A stretch of 64,000 nucleotides of DNA from Chiloscyllium plagiosum (taxonomy: Eukaryota). The translations under genes and the position numbers were made by a program. Positions 1-12,290 of the stretch are shown one piece after another; the first letter of the stretch is position 1; each line of letters opens with the position of its first letter. Location of the stretch: NCBI RefSeq assembly GCF_004010195.1, contig NC_057720.1:35080711-35144710 (forward strand), read 5' to 3'. The notes under the pieces are model-generated. The model was not told the origin of the DNA, searched no databases, and was given only the letters and a program-made list of their open reading frames with translations.

Positions 1-1823
1 TCATATTTTGAAAAGTATTCATATTACATAGGAGGAGGTGCTGGACATCTTAAAATGCCTAAATGCAGATAAATCCTCAGGCCTTCATCAGGTCATCCCA
101 GAATTTTGTGGGAAGCTATGGAAGTGCTTGCTGGGCCCTTTGTGGAGATAGCCATGGATGAGGTGCTGAAAGAATGGAGGGAGGTTTATGTTGTGCCATT
201 ATTTAAGAAAGGTGGTAAGGAAAAGCGAGGGAACTATAGACCAGTGAGTCTGATGTTACTGGTAGGTATATAAAAACTGAAAGAACTAGGGATTCAGTAA
301 ATCAGAAACAAAAACAAAAGTTGCTGGAAAATCTCAGCAGGTCTGGCAGCATGTGTGAAGAGAAATCAAAGTTAACATCATGAATGTGGTGACTTCCTCA
401 GAGGTGTTCAGACAAAGTGTCACCAGACCCAAAACATTAACTTTGATTTCTCTTCACACATGCTACCAGACCTGATGAGCCTTTCCAGCAACTTTTGTTT
501 TTGTCACTAGTGGGTACATTGTTGGAGGAGTCAGGATTTTCATTTATTCAAAAAGGCTGATTAAGGATAATCAACATGGCTTTGTGCATGAGAAATCATG
601 TCTCAATAATTTGATTGGGTTTTGTGAGGAAGATCGCTGAAGGTAGAGCAACGGACGTTGTCTATATCGATTTCAGCACGGCACTCATCAAGGTTCTGCA
701 TGGTATACTGGTTAGATCACATGGACTACAGAGAAAGCTAGCCAGTTGGATACAAAATTGGCTCGAATGTTCAAGACAGAGGTTGGTGGTAGAGAATTGG
801 TTTTAAACTGGGGGCCTGTGACCAGCGGTGTGCCATAAGGATCAGTATTGGATTTACTGTTTTTTATCATTTATATAAATAAGCTGGATGAGAATACAGG
901 AGGTGTGATTAGTAAGTTTGCAGATGACACAAGAATTGGTGTCTAGTGGACTGTGAAGAAGGTTATCCCAGAGTACAAAAGGATCTTGATCAGATGGGCA
1001 TGTGCTGAGGAGTGGCAGATGGAGTTTAATTTAGATAAATGTGAAATGCTGCATTTTGGAAAGACAAATTATGGCAGGACTTATATGCTTAATGGTAAGG
1101 TCCTGGGGATTGTTGCTGAACAAACATAGTTCCTTGAAGGTGGAGTCACAGGTAGACAGAATAGTGAAGGATTGTTTGGTACACTTGCCTTTAATGATCA
1201 GAACATTAAGTGTAGGAGTTGTGGGGGGGGAGGGGGCGGGGTTCATCTTGCAGTCATACAGGACATTGTTTAGTCCACTTTTGGAATATTTCATGGAATT
1301 ATGGTCTCTCTCCTCGAGAAAGGATGCTGTGAAAGTTGAAAGGATTCAGAAAAGATTTATAAGGATGTTGCCAGGATTGGAGGATTTGAGTTATACGGTG
1401 AGGCTGAATAGGCTGGGCTGTTTTCCCTGGAGCAATAGAGACTGTGAGGTGACCTTATAGAGGTTTATAAAATCATGAGAGGTATGGATAGGGTAAATAG
1501 ACAAGGTCTTTTTCCCTGGATAGGGGAGTCCAAAACTAGAGGTCATAGTACGAGGGTGAGAGGGGGATGATTTATAAGGGACCTAAGGGGCAACTTTTTC
1601 TCAGAGAAGGTAGTGTGCATATGGAATGAGAGAGGAATTGGTGGAGACTGATACACAACATTTAAAAGGCATCTGGATGGGTACATAAATAGGAAGGTTT
1701 TAGAGGGATATGGGCTGAAGGCTGGCAAATGGGACTAGATTAATTTAGGGTATCTGTCCGGCATGGACGAGTTGGATCAAAGGGTCTGTTTCCGTGCTGT
1801 AAACTTTATGACCCTATGACTCT
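1..1823 (+). mobile_element. CR1-clade LINE (HER1-type), decayed 3' part of ORF2 (RT) plus 3' UTR; runs off the window start
   Basis: Broken RT motifs (DVVYIDFS, agtaagtttgcagatgacac = SKFADDT, KVERIQKRFIRMLPGLE). The 3' end has the family stem-loop and a ctatgac-type tail at about 1805-1823. Confidence 0.92.
269..502. mobile_element. Penelope-derived hairpin-shaped mini-insertion nested in the CR1
   Basis: Inverted arms at about 309-376 and 437-503. Degenerate TSD gttactggtaggta (255-268) / gtcactagtgggta (503-516). Arms match the PLE terminus at 11580-11680. Confidence 0.75.
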
Positions 1824-3844
1824 AATACAACTTGCAATTCAGTTCTGAAAGCATTGTTCTCTTTCATCTTTAAAATACTAAGTAAAGTGTGCAAACTTAA
1901 TACACAGGTAAAGTCAAATTTGCTCTTCAAAAGAAGGTATACATTCAAGAAAATGCATGTACAATATGCACTTACTTGCTCGGCATGTTTGTACAACTAT
2001 AAGAAGTTTTCTAATGCTGCAAACTGGTTAATATGTCAGGCCAGACAGGATCCTGTCAAACCACACTGCATGTGTAGATATAAACTGCTAATTAGTGATT
2101 CACAACACAGCCTCTGGACACACCCTGACTCACTGGGATGACAGGTCTGCAACCCTTGATAACACTTCCAATAATTGCGTGATCCTATGCATATGTCATC
2201 AAAGAAACAGGAAAGGTTGTTGCTTCAAATAATAACCGAGAGAAATGAAGGATAATCTTTCTTGGATTCAACAACAGTATACGTTATTCTCTCAGTGTTT
2301 CAATGCAGCTTTAGTTTTAGGATTTTGCAGCAGAGAGAGATATTTCAGAGCCGTTCACACATCTTGTAATTTTTTTCAGTTTTAAATTTACATTCCCATG
2401 ACAAGCTATAGGCAATGTCTTAAATGCAAGTCTCATTATACATAAGTGTGCAGGATCCATGAGTTATATCACAGTGTATTAAAGATATAAAGGGTGAATC
2501 CCCTCAGGCATTCTACTGCTCAGTTTTTTCACAGAAATGGGGTTCCACAAAACGTCCTCCTAAAAACACAGTTGTGTCATAAGAACGGAGGAAATGCAAA
2601 AGAGTACCCAAGCCCGTTAGTGATATAAATCAACTTTCAGAAGCTATATCCTAGCAACATGAAGGGCAATGGCAAGCCAGGTTTATGTTTCACTAAGTGA
2701 TTTGATTCGGAGAGGCATATAACTATTTGCAATTCTACAAAGTAATTAATTACATAAATTAGCATAATCAATAATTTGGCAATAGAAGATTATTGATATG
2801 CATGATCCTACAAAGCAAGGAGGAAGACTCAAAGAATCAGAAGTAAGCAGGCGTGAAGGATTTTCCATTAGGAGTGTATTTTTGTCCGTCAAAATTGAAA
2901 ACGACTGAAGCAAAATTAGAAAGGAAGAATGATCATTCTAGTGACAAAGCATCATAATTTATCATTATTAGAGTCATAGAGATGTACCGCGTGGAAACAA
3001 ACCCTTCGGCCCAACTCGTCCATGCCGACCAGATATCCCAATCCAATCTAGTTCCACCTGCCAGTACCCAGCCCAAATCCTTCCAAACCCTTCCTATTCA
3101 TATACCCATCCAAATACCTTTTAAATGTTGCAATTATCCTAGCCTCCACCACTTCCTCTGGGAGCTCATTCCATACACGTACCACCCTCTGAGTGAAAAA
3201 GTTGCTCCTTAGGTCTCTTTTATATCTTTCCCCTCTCACCCTAAACTTATGCCCTCGAGTTCTGGACTCCACGATCCCAGGGAAAAGACTTTGTCTATTT
3301 ATCCTATCCATGCCTTTCATGATTTTATAAACCTCTATAAGCCCCTGATGCTCCAGGGAAAACAGCCCTAGCCTAATCAACACCTCCCTATAGCTCAAAT
3401 CCTCCAACCCTGGCAACATCCTTGTAAATCTTTTCTGAACCCTTTCAAGTTTCACAACATCTTTCCGATAGGAAAGAGACCAGAATTGCATGCAATATTC
3501 CAACAGTAGCCTAACCAATGTACTGAATAGCCAGAACATGACCTTTCAACTCTTGTGCTCAATACTCTGACCAAGAAAAGAAAGCATACCAAATGCCTTT
3601 TTCACTATTTTATCTACCTGCGACTCTACTTTCAAGGAGCTATGAACCTGCACTCCAACGTCTCTTTGTTTCGCAACATTCTCTGGGACCTTAATATTAA
3701 GTGTATACGTCCTGCTAAGATTTGATTTCCCAAAATGCAGTACCCAACATTTGTCTAAATTAAACTCCATCTGCCACTTCTCAGCCCATTGGCCCATCTG
3801 ATCAAGGTCCCATTGTAATCTGAGGTAACTTACTTTGCTGGCAC

Positions 3845-5459
3845 AGAGTCATAGAGATGTACAGCATGGAAACAGACGCTTCGGTCCAACCCGTCCCTGC
3901 CGACCAGATATCCTAACCCAATCTAGTCCCACCTGCCAGTAACCGGCCCATATCCCTTCAAATCCTTCCTATTCATCTACCCATTCAAATGCCTTTTAAA
4001 TGTTGCAATTGTACGAGCCTCCACCACTTCCTCTGACAGCTCATTCCATACACGTACCACCCTCTGTATGAAAAGGTTGCCCCTTAGGTTTCTTTTATAT
4101 CGTTCCCTTCTCACCCTAAACCTATGCCCTCTAATTCTGGACTCCCCGACCCCAGGGAAAAGACTTTGTCTATTTATCCTATCCATGCCCCTCATAATTT
4201 TGTAAACCTCTATAAGGTCACCCCTCAACCTCCGACGCTACAGGGAAAACAGCCTCAGCCTGTTCAGCCTCTCCCTGTAGCTCAGATCCTCCAACCCTGG
4301 CAACATCCTTATAAACCTTTTCTGAACCCTTTCAAGTTTCACAACATCTTTCATATAAGAAGGAGACCAGAATTGCACGCAATATTCCAACAGTAGCCTA
4401 ACCAATGTCCTGTACAGTCGCAACATGACCTCCCAACTCCTGTACTCAATTCTCTGACCAAGAAAGGAAAGCATACCAAACGCCTTCTTCACTATACTAT
4501 CTACCTGCGAGATATCCACTTTCAAGGAGCTATGAACCTGCACTCCAAGGTCTCTTTGTTCAGCAACACTCCCAAGGACCTTACCATCCATTAAGTGTAT
4601 AAGTCCTGCTAAGATTTGCTTTCCCAAAATGCAGCACCTCACATTTATCTGAATTAAATTCCATCTGCCACTTCTCAGCCAATTGGCCCATCTGGTCCAG
4701 ATCCTGTTGTAATCAGAGGTAAACCTCTTCGCTGTCCACTACACCTCCAATTTTGGTGTCATCTGCAAACTTACTAACTGTACCTCTTATGCTCACATCC
4801 AAATCATTTATGTAAATGGCAAAAGGTAGAGGACCCAGCACCGATCCTTGTGGCACTCCACTATTCACAGGCCTCCAGTCTGAAAAACAACTCTCCACCA
4901 CCACCCTCTGTCTTCTACCTTTGAGCCAGTTCTGTATCCAAATGGCTAGTTCTCCCTGTATTCCACGAGATCTAACCTTGCTTATCAGTCTCCCATGGGG
5001 AATCTTGTCGAATGCCTTACTGAAGTCCATATAGATCACATCTACTGCTCTGCCCTCATCAAGCTTCTTTGTTACTTCTTCATAAAACTCAATCAAGTTT
5101 GTGAGACATGATTTCCCACGCACAAAGCCATGTTGACTATCCCGAATCAGTCCTTGCCTTTCCAAATACATGTCCCTCAGGATTCCCTCCAACAACTTGC
5201 CTCAGGATTCCCTCCAACAACTTGCCCACCACTGAGGTCAGGCTCACCGATCTATAGTACACTGGCTTGCCTTTACCGCCCTTTTTAAACAGTGGAATCA
5301 CGTTTGCCAACCTCCAGTCTTCCGGCACCTCACCTGTGACTATCGATTATACAAATATCTCAGCAGGAGGCCCAGCAATCACTTCTCTAGCTTCCCACAG
5401 AGTTCTCGGGTACACCTGATCAGGTCCTTGGGATTTATCCACCTTTAACCGTTTCAAGT
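3845..5459 (-). mobile_element. 5'-truncated CR1 copy nested in the same orientation inside the long CR1
   Basis: It has its own 3' tail at 3845 (agagtcatagag). The host breaks at ...tttgctggcac (3844) and resumes at gcactacacctcc (5460), which are contiguous in the family sequence. Confidence 0.85.
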
Positions 5460-7518
5460 GCACTACACCTCCAATTTTGGTGTCATCTGCAAACTTACTA
5501 ACTATACCTCTTATGCTCACATCCAAATTTTTTATGTAAATGACAAAAAGTACAGGATCCAGCACAAATCCTTGTGGTACTCCAACGGTCACAGGCCTCC
5601 AGTCTGAAAAACAACCCTCTACCACCACCCTCTGTCTTCTACCTTTGAGCCAGTTCTGTATCCAAATGGCTAGTTCTCCCTGTATTCCATGAGATCTAAC
5701 CTTGCTAACCAGTCTCCCATGGGGAACCTTGTCGAATGCCTTACTGAAATCCATATAGATCACATCTACCACTCTGCCCTCATCAATCCTCTTTGTTACT
5801 TCCTCAAAACCTCAATCAAGTTTGTGAGACATGATTTCCCACGCACAAAGCCATGTTGACTATCCCGAATCAGTCCTTGCCTTTCCAAATACATGTACAT
5901 CCTGTCCCTCAGGATTCCCTCCAACAACTTGTCCATCACCAAAGTCAGGCTTACTGATCTATAGTTCCCTGGCTTGTCCTTACCATCTTTCTTAAACATT
6001 GGCACCACGTTAGCTAACCAATGGTCTTCCGGCACCTCACCTGTGACTATCAGTGATACAAATATCCCAGTAAGAGGCCCAGCAATAACTTCCCTAACTT
6101 CACACAGAGTTCTAGGGTACACGTGATCAGGTCCTGGGGATTTATCCACTTTTATGAGTTTCAAAACATCCAGCACTTCCTCCTCTGTAATATGGACATT
6201 TTGCAAGATATCACCATCTATTTCCCTACATTCGATATGTTCCATGTCTTTTTCCACAGTAAATACTGATGCAAAATACTCATTTAGTATCGCTCCCATC
6301 TCCTGTGGCTCCATACAAAGGCTGCCTTGCTGATTTTTGAGAGGCCCTATTCTCTCCCTAGTTACCCTTTTGTCCTTAATGTATTTGTAAAAACCATTTG
6401 GATTTTCCTTAACTCTATTTGCCAAAGATATCTCATGTCCCCTTTTTGCCCTCCTGATTTCCCTCTTAAGTATACTCCTACTTCCTTTATACTCTTCTAA
6501 GGATTCACTCGATCTAGCCTGTCTATACCTGACATACGTTTCCTTTTTTTTAATCAAACTCTCAATTTCTTTAGTCATCCAGCATTCCCTATACCTACCA
6601 GCCTTTCCGTTCACCCTCACAGAAATATACTTTCTCTGGACTCTTGTTATCTCATTTCTGAAGGCTTCCCATTTTCCAGCTGTCCCTTTACCTGCAAACA
6701 TCTGCCCTCAGTCAGCTTTTGAATATTCTTGCCTAATACTGTCAAAATTGGCCTTTCTCCAATTTAGACCTTCAATTTTTAGATCTAGTCTATCCTCTTC
6801 CATCACTATATTAAATCTAATAAAATTATGGTCCCAAAGGGCTCCCCCACTGATACCTCAGTCACCTTCCTTGCTTTATTGCCCAAGAGTTGGTCAACGT
6901 TTTCACCTTTTCTGGTGGGTACACCCATATACTGAATCAGAAAATTTTCTTGTACACTCTCAACAAGTTCCTCTAAGTCCTTAATACTATGGCAGTCCCA
7001 GTCTATGTTTGGAAAGTTAAAATCCCTACCATAACTACCCTATTATTTTTACAGATATCTGAGATCTCCTTCCAAGTTTGTTTCTCAATTTCCCTCTGAC
7101 TATTAGGGGGTCTATAATACAATCTCAATAAGGTGATCATCCCTTTCTTATTTCTCAATTCCCACCCAAATAACTTCCCTGGGTGTATTTCTGGGAATAT
7201 CCTCCCTCAGTACAGCTGTAATACTATCCCTTATCAAAAACGCCTCTCTCCCTCCTCTCTTGCCTCCCTTTCTATCCTCCCTGTAGCATTTGTATCCTGG
7301 AACATTAAGCTGCCAGTCCTGTTCATCTCTGAGCCATGTTTCTGTAATTGCTCTGATATCCTAGTCCCATGTTCGTAACCATGCCCTGAGTTCATCTGCT
7401 GCCCCTGCATTGAAATAAATGCAGTTTAATTTATCAGTCCTACCTTGTTCTCTGCTTTGTCCCTGCCTGCCCTGACTGTTTGACTCGCTTCTGTTCTCAA
7501 CTGTACCAGTCTCTGAAG

Positions 7519-7837
7519 TTATTAGATTAGATTCCCTACAGTGTGGAAAAGGCCCTTCGGCCCAACAAGTCCACACCGACCCTCCAAAGATTAACCCACC
7601 CAGTCCCATTTCCCTCTGGCTAATGCACCGAACACTATGGGCAATTTAGCATGGCTAATTCACCTGACCTGCACACTTTTGAACATGTGGGAAGAAACCG
7701 GAGCACCCGGAGGAAACTCACGCAGACACGAGGAGAATGTGCAAACTCCACACAGACAGTCATCCGAGGCTGGAATCAAACCTGGGACCCTGGTGCTGTA
7801 AGGCAGCAGTGCTAACTACTGAGCCACCATGCCGCCC
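7519..7837 (-). mobile_element. HE1-type V-SINE inserted in the CR1
   Basis: tRNA-like head, V-domain (gtgtggagtttgcacattctcc...), CR1-like 3' end and (CTAAT)n tail. Confidence 0.9.
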
Positions 7838-9624
7838 ATAATTGAAATCTTTCTTCACTATCTCCCTGGGTCCCACCAGACCACCTTACTAGTTTAAATC
7901 CTCCTGAGCAGCTCTAGCATATCTCCCTGCAAGTATATTCGTCCCCTTCCAATTTAAGTGTAATCCGTCCTTCTTGCACAGGTCACTTCTATCCCAAAAC
8001 AGCTTCCAATGATAAAAAATATGAATCCTTCTCCCATACACCAGCTCCTCAGCCATGCATTCATCTGCTCTATCTTCTTATTCCTGCCCTCACTAGCTCG
8101 TAGCACTGGGAGTAATCCAGATATTACTACTCTCGAGGACCTCCTTTTTAAATTTCTGCCTAACTCTCTGTAATCTCCCTTCAGAGTCTCAACATTTTCC
8201 CTTCCTATGTTGTTTGTTCCAATGTGGGCAATGACCTCTTGCTGGCCCCTCACCCCCTTGAGAACATTCTGCACCCTCTCTGAGACATCCTTGATCCTGG
8301 CACCAGGGAAACAACACACCATTCTGATTTTTCGCTGTTGGCCACAGAAACAACTGTCTGTACCTCGGACTAGAGAGTCCCCTAACACAATTGATCTCTT
8401 GGAACCCGATGTACCTCTCATTACATTAGAGCCAATCTCAGTACCAGAAACTTGGCTGTTCATGCTACGTTCCCCTGAGAATCCATCACCCCTACATTTT
8501 CCAAAACAACATACTTGTTTGAAATGGAGATAGCCATTGAAGACTCCTGCACTACCTGCCGACTTCGCTTACCGTTCCTAGAGTTAACCCACCTATGTGA
8601 CTGTATCTGTGACTTTTCCCCCCTTCCTATAACTGTCATTCATCACATTCCCTTGCTCTTGTAAATTCCTCAATGCCTCTAACCGCCTCTCCAACTGATC
8701 TATTTGATCTGATAGGATTCACGACCAATGGCATTTATTGCAGATATAATCTTCAGTAACTCGTAAACTCTCCCTAAACTCCCACATCCAACAAGAGCAT
8801 ATCACTCTACTAAGAGCCATTTTTGCTTCTTTTAATCTACACACCCAGAAAATAGCACTGTCTTATTCCTCTACAAAACACTCTTCCACATTAAATTAAT
8901 ACTTACAGCCTGTATTTTAAGTTTGATCAAGAGACATAGCTCAATAAAACATATAATCAAGAAAGAACCCACTCTACTCACTACTGCAGACTTATTTAGG
9001 AACAGTACATGCACAGAAAAGAAGTCTGCTATTGAAATGGAGTTCAGCAGCTTGGAGTAGGGGAAGGAGGAAAGTGGGAGTGGGGTGGAATCTTGAAGGT
9101 GAAGGGAGGGTAATGAATGAGGGGTTGCAGAGGACATCATAGCGATGGTGGATATGAGAGGGTACAGATCTCTCCTCCACCCCCCACTGCCTTCACAGCG
9201 CCCCTTCCCCTACCCGTTCACCCTTTGCAGTCAGCCCTCTCCCTATTTTGCAGCACCCTCCTTCTACCCTTTCCCCTTCATAGTCACCACTCTTTCTGTT
9301 GCCCCAAACATCTTTCCCAGCTGAACCCATTTCAAAGCTGAACCCATTGAAATGTGCAAACTCTGGTTCCTGTAAAAACACATGGGTGTATTTAAGAAGT
9401 GCATAGTGCATATCCGGTATAGTCTCATAAGATATGGTCCCTTCTGGATCAGAGTCTGAACATTTCTGATTCTACTTATCAAATTCCATGCATTATTTTG
9501 TTCATCTGCATTCTGATGCTCTTTTGACTTGCCTTGACTGACATAACTGCAGCATATTTTCCATTGCAGTAGTATCACATGGAAATGCTTCTGTTCAAAG
9601 ATCCCTTGCTTTGTCATACATGCA

Positions 9625-9728
9625 GAGATGGAAATGTGTTGCTGGAAAAGCGCAGCAGGTCAGGCAGCATCTAGGGAACAGGAGAATCGACGTTTCGGGC
9701 ATTAGCCCTTCTTCAGGAATGCAATCCA
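9625..9728 (-). mobile_element. Penelope terminal (pLTR) fragment with hammerhead-ribozyme core
   Basis: Minus strand reads CTGAAGA-A-GGGC-TAAT-GCCC-GAAACGTC. TSD gtcatacatgca at 9613-9624 and 9729-9740. Confidence 0.8.
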
Positions 9729-10279
9729 GTCATACATGCAATCCAGTTGTGTTAATTTTCATTTTTGTAAAGTGATATTTTTCTCATTCCTGCATGGGGC
9801 CAGACTAATTTTTGAAGAACAGCTGTTAACTAAAGGAAAATGGTATACATTTTAGAAGCTCAAAATTTGAAAATCAAGACAGGAAATACAGAAGATCATT
9901 TAACAAGGCATTTGTATCTTCCCTTTGTGTAACCTTCTTGCATTGCAAGCCGTTAGGAAGGCAGATGGTACAGCCTTTTATGAATATTGTTGGAGTATAA
10001 CAATAAGGAAATCTAGCTGAAAATATATAGAGCTTTTGTGAGAGTATGTGGAAATGTGAATGTGATTTTGTTCTGTGTAGATTGGAAGAATATATTTGCC
10101 TTAGAAGAGATGTGACAGAGTTTTGCTGTACCAATTTTAAGAAACCAGATAAATACAGAATCAGAGAATCCCGCTGGCCACACTTATGACACACATGGGC
10201 CTGTCTCTTTCTGTGGTACATGAAATATTCTTTATTCTAGTCTTACTCAGACCTGTCCCCACAACTCTTCCTCCAGTAC

Positions 10280-11680
10280 ATCAATACCTCATTGGTGCGA
10301 CTTCTCTCTCTCATCCAGAATTGGAAAACATGATCAATTTCATTTCCCATTTTCTCACCTTCACCCTGATCCATCTCTGACTCCTCCCTTTCCTTCCTCA
10401 ATATCTCTGTTTCTATTTCTGGGGATAGGCTGGCCACCTTTATTCACTACAAGCCCACCAACTCCCACAGTTACCCTGACTTTACATCCTCGAACCCTAC
10501 TTCCTGTAAAGACACAATTCCATTCACACAGTTCCTCAATCTCCGTCACATCTTTCTGATCATGCCAATTTTGACATGGGGGCTTCCAAAATGTCCACTT
10601 TCTTCCTCAGCTAAGAACTCTCACCACTGTGGTTGACAGGACCCTTGGCCATGTTCAACCCATCTTCCGCACTTTGGCCCTCATTCTACCTCTTCCTTTT
10701 CACAACAGGGGTTCTCCCTGTCCTCACTTAGCATCCCACCAGCATTAACATTCAAAGGATCATTTGCTGCCATTCCCACCAACGCAAGTGGAATGCCACT
10801 ACCAGGCACATATTCATTATTCCTCCCTTGTCAACTTCCACATGGATCGTTCCCTCTGGGATACTTTGGTCCACTCTTCCTCTACTCCTAACATCTCCTC
10901 ACATTCATGTGACACCTTCCCTTGTAATCACAGAAGGTGTAACATCTACGTGTTTATTTCCCCCTCCTATCCAAGGCATCAAGAACGTCTTCAGGCTAAA
11001 GCAACAATCTGCCTACACTTCATTCAATCCAGTCTGCTGTATTTACTGCTCACAATGTCGTCTCCTCTATATTAGGAAGACAGAGCACAGACTGGATGAT
11101 CACTTTGCAGAACATGTACATTCTTTCTGCAAAAATGAGTCTGAGCTTCCAGATGCTACTTCAACACATCACCTTGTTCCCTAGCCAACATCTCTGTCTC
11201 AGGCTTATTGCTGTTCTCCAATGAATCTGGAAGAACAAAATCTTATTTTCTGCTCGGGGGCCCTATAACCTTCTGAACTTAATATAGAGTTCAATAATTT
11301 TAGAGCCTGAGAACCTTCTCCCATGTTCTTACCCCAACCTCCACATATAAGGCCTTGTCATCACATGGGCTGCTACCACAAACAACCCATTGTCAGCCAC
11401 AAATGGTCCAATTAGCAGCTAGCCGTTATTGATTCTCCCAGGCTAACCGTAACCCATTCCACTGTCTATCCAACTGCTGTTCTCATTCTCTCTCTGGGCT
11501 GCTTCTCCAACTAACATTTATTCCACTCCCTACCACCCACCCACCTTCACCAGGTACAATATACCAACCTTTTCCTAGCAGGAAGGGTCACTGGACTTGA
11601 AATGTTAATTCTGGTATCTCTCCATAGATGCTGCCAGACCTGCTGAGTTTTTTCCAGCAATTTTAGTTTTTGTTTCTATA
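10280..11680 (+). mobile_element. Decayed Penelope-like element, Neptune-type (RT C-terminus, Cys linker, GIY-YIG endonuclease, terminal repeat)
   Basis: Translations TFPCNHRRCNI (Cys linker) and VCCIYCSQCRLLYIRKTEHRLDDHFAEH (GIY-YIG-like). It ends in the ...gatgctgccagacctgctgag...ccagcaatt terminus shared with the mini-insertions. Confidence 0.8.
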
Positions 11681-11854
11681 TTGACTCTTTGATTGGAATG
11701 GATTGAATGAAATACACATGTATTCCCAGGAGTCTTGGAGAAAGAGCAGTGACCTAACTGCAACATAACATTGATTTTATTTATTTTAAATAAATGCAAA
11801 AAGATACAATGTCAAGAACAAAGAGTCATTGTTTCAGATAAAGTTTGATTATTT

Positions 11855-12065
11855 TAGATTGAAGTGAAGAAAGAATTCTTCATACAGAAGGTTGTGAATC
11901 TTTGGAAATCTCTGCTCCATGATTGTATATTCAGGTAATGAATGTATTTGAGACTAACATCAATGTTTTCTTTTGGCACTTATGAAGAGATAATATGATA
12001 GGGCTGATGGGTAAAATCATACAGAAGGTGCTACATAGTAACAAAGGACAGTTGTCTCTATCATG
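11855..12065 (+). mobile_element. Old CR1 3' fragment
   Basis: gaattcttcatacagaaggttgtgaatctttggaaatctctg matches the CR1 ORF2 end (FFTQRVVNLWNSL type); heavily diverged. Confidence 0.55.
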
Positions 12066-12067
12066 TT

Positions 12068-12290
12068 CATGATAATGGCTTAATGATCGATTGTTTTTCT
12101 GGGACTGATTAACTCTATGGGTTAAACTATTTAAAACACCAAAACATATTATAAGTATTAAGCAGGCATTACAGCAAGCAACTGATCTTCCATGGTGTGT
12201 GTAGCTTGTAGACATAGAGTAGCGTAACTGCCAGGCAGAATTACAACAATGTATATATACAACACATGGAGTCCTCAAAAGTAACATTCT
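12068..12290 (-). pseudogene. 5' fragment of a second, tandem paralogue of the 12.3-17.8 kb pseudogene
   Basis: Aligns with about 17519-17710. MCCIYTLL*FCLAVTLLYVYKLH vs SCCAYITLWLCLAACLIWVYKLH, and CFGVLNSLTHRVNQSQ vs CFTVLNTSTQRVNQSQ, with many synonymous third-position differences. Confidence 0.75.

Larger units (their letters stand above)
2969..8990 (-). mobile_element. Near full-length CR1 LINE (HER1-type): ORF1 (Cys-rich N-terminus + SGNH esterase) and ORF2 (APE endonuclease + RT); inactivated; two nested insertions
   Basis: ORF1 ATG at about 8820 with a Cys-rich start. Esterase motifs SIVLGDSLVRG and HIGTNN (7954-8463). APE motifs LNCIYFNA and AITETW near 7340-7430. RT motifs (5347-6701; DFSKAFDKVPHGRL, SKFADDTK). 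3' UTR and tail at 2969. Frameshifts and stops present. Confidence 0.93.

Noticed and set aside
9050..9300. Purine-rich then pyrimidine-rich tract suggesting an inverted repeat or G-quadruplex
   Set aside because: Only compositional symmetry; no alignable arms.
9264..9830. Possible exon or continuation of the pseudogene on the minus strand (acceptor-like ttttcctttagttaacag, ORF 9264-9617)
   Set aside because: I recognise no motif and cannot align it to the 12.3-17.8 kb relic, and all frames contain stops. Unsupported without a search.
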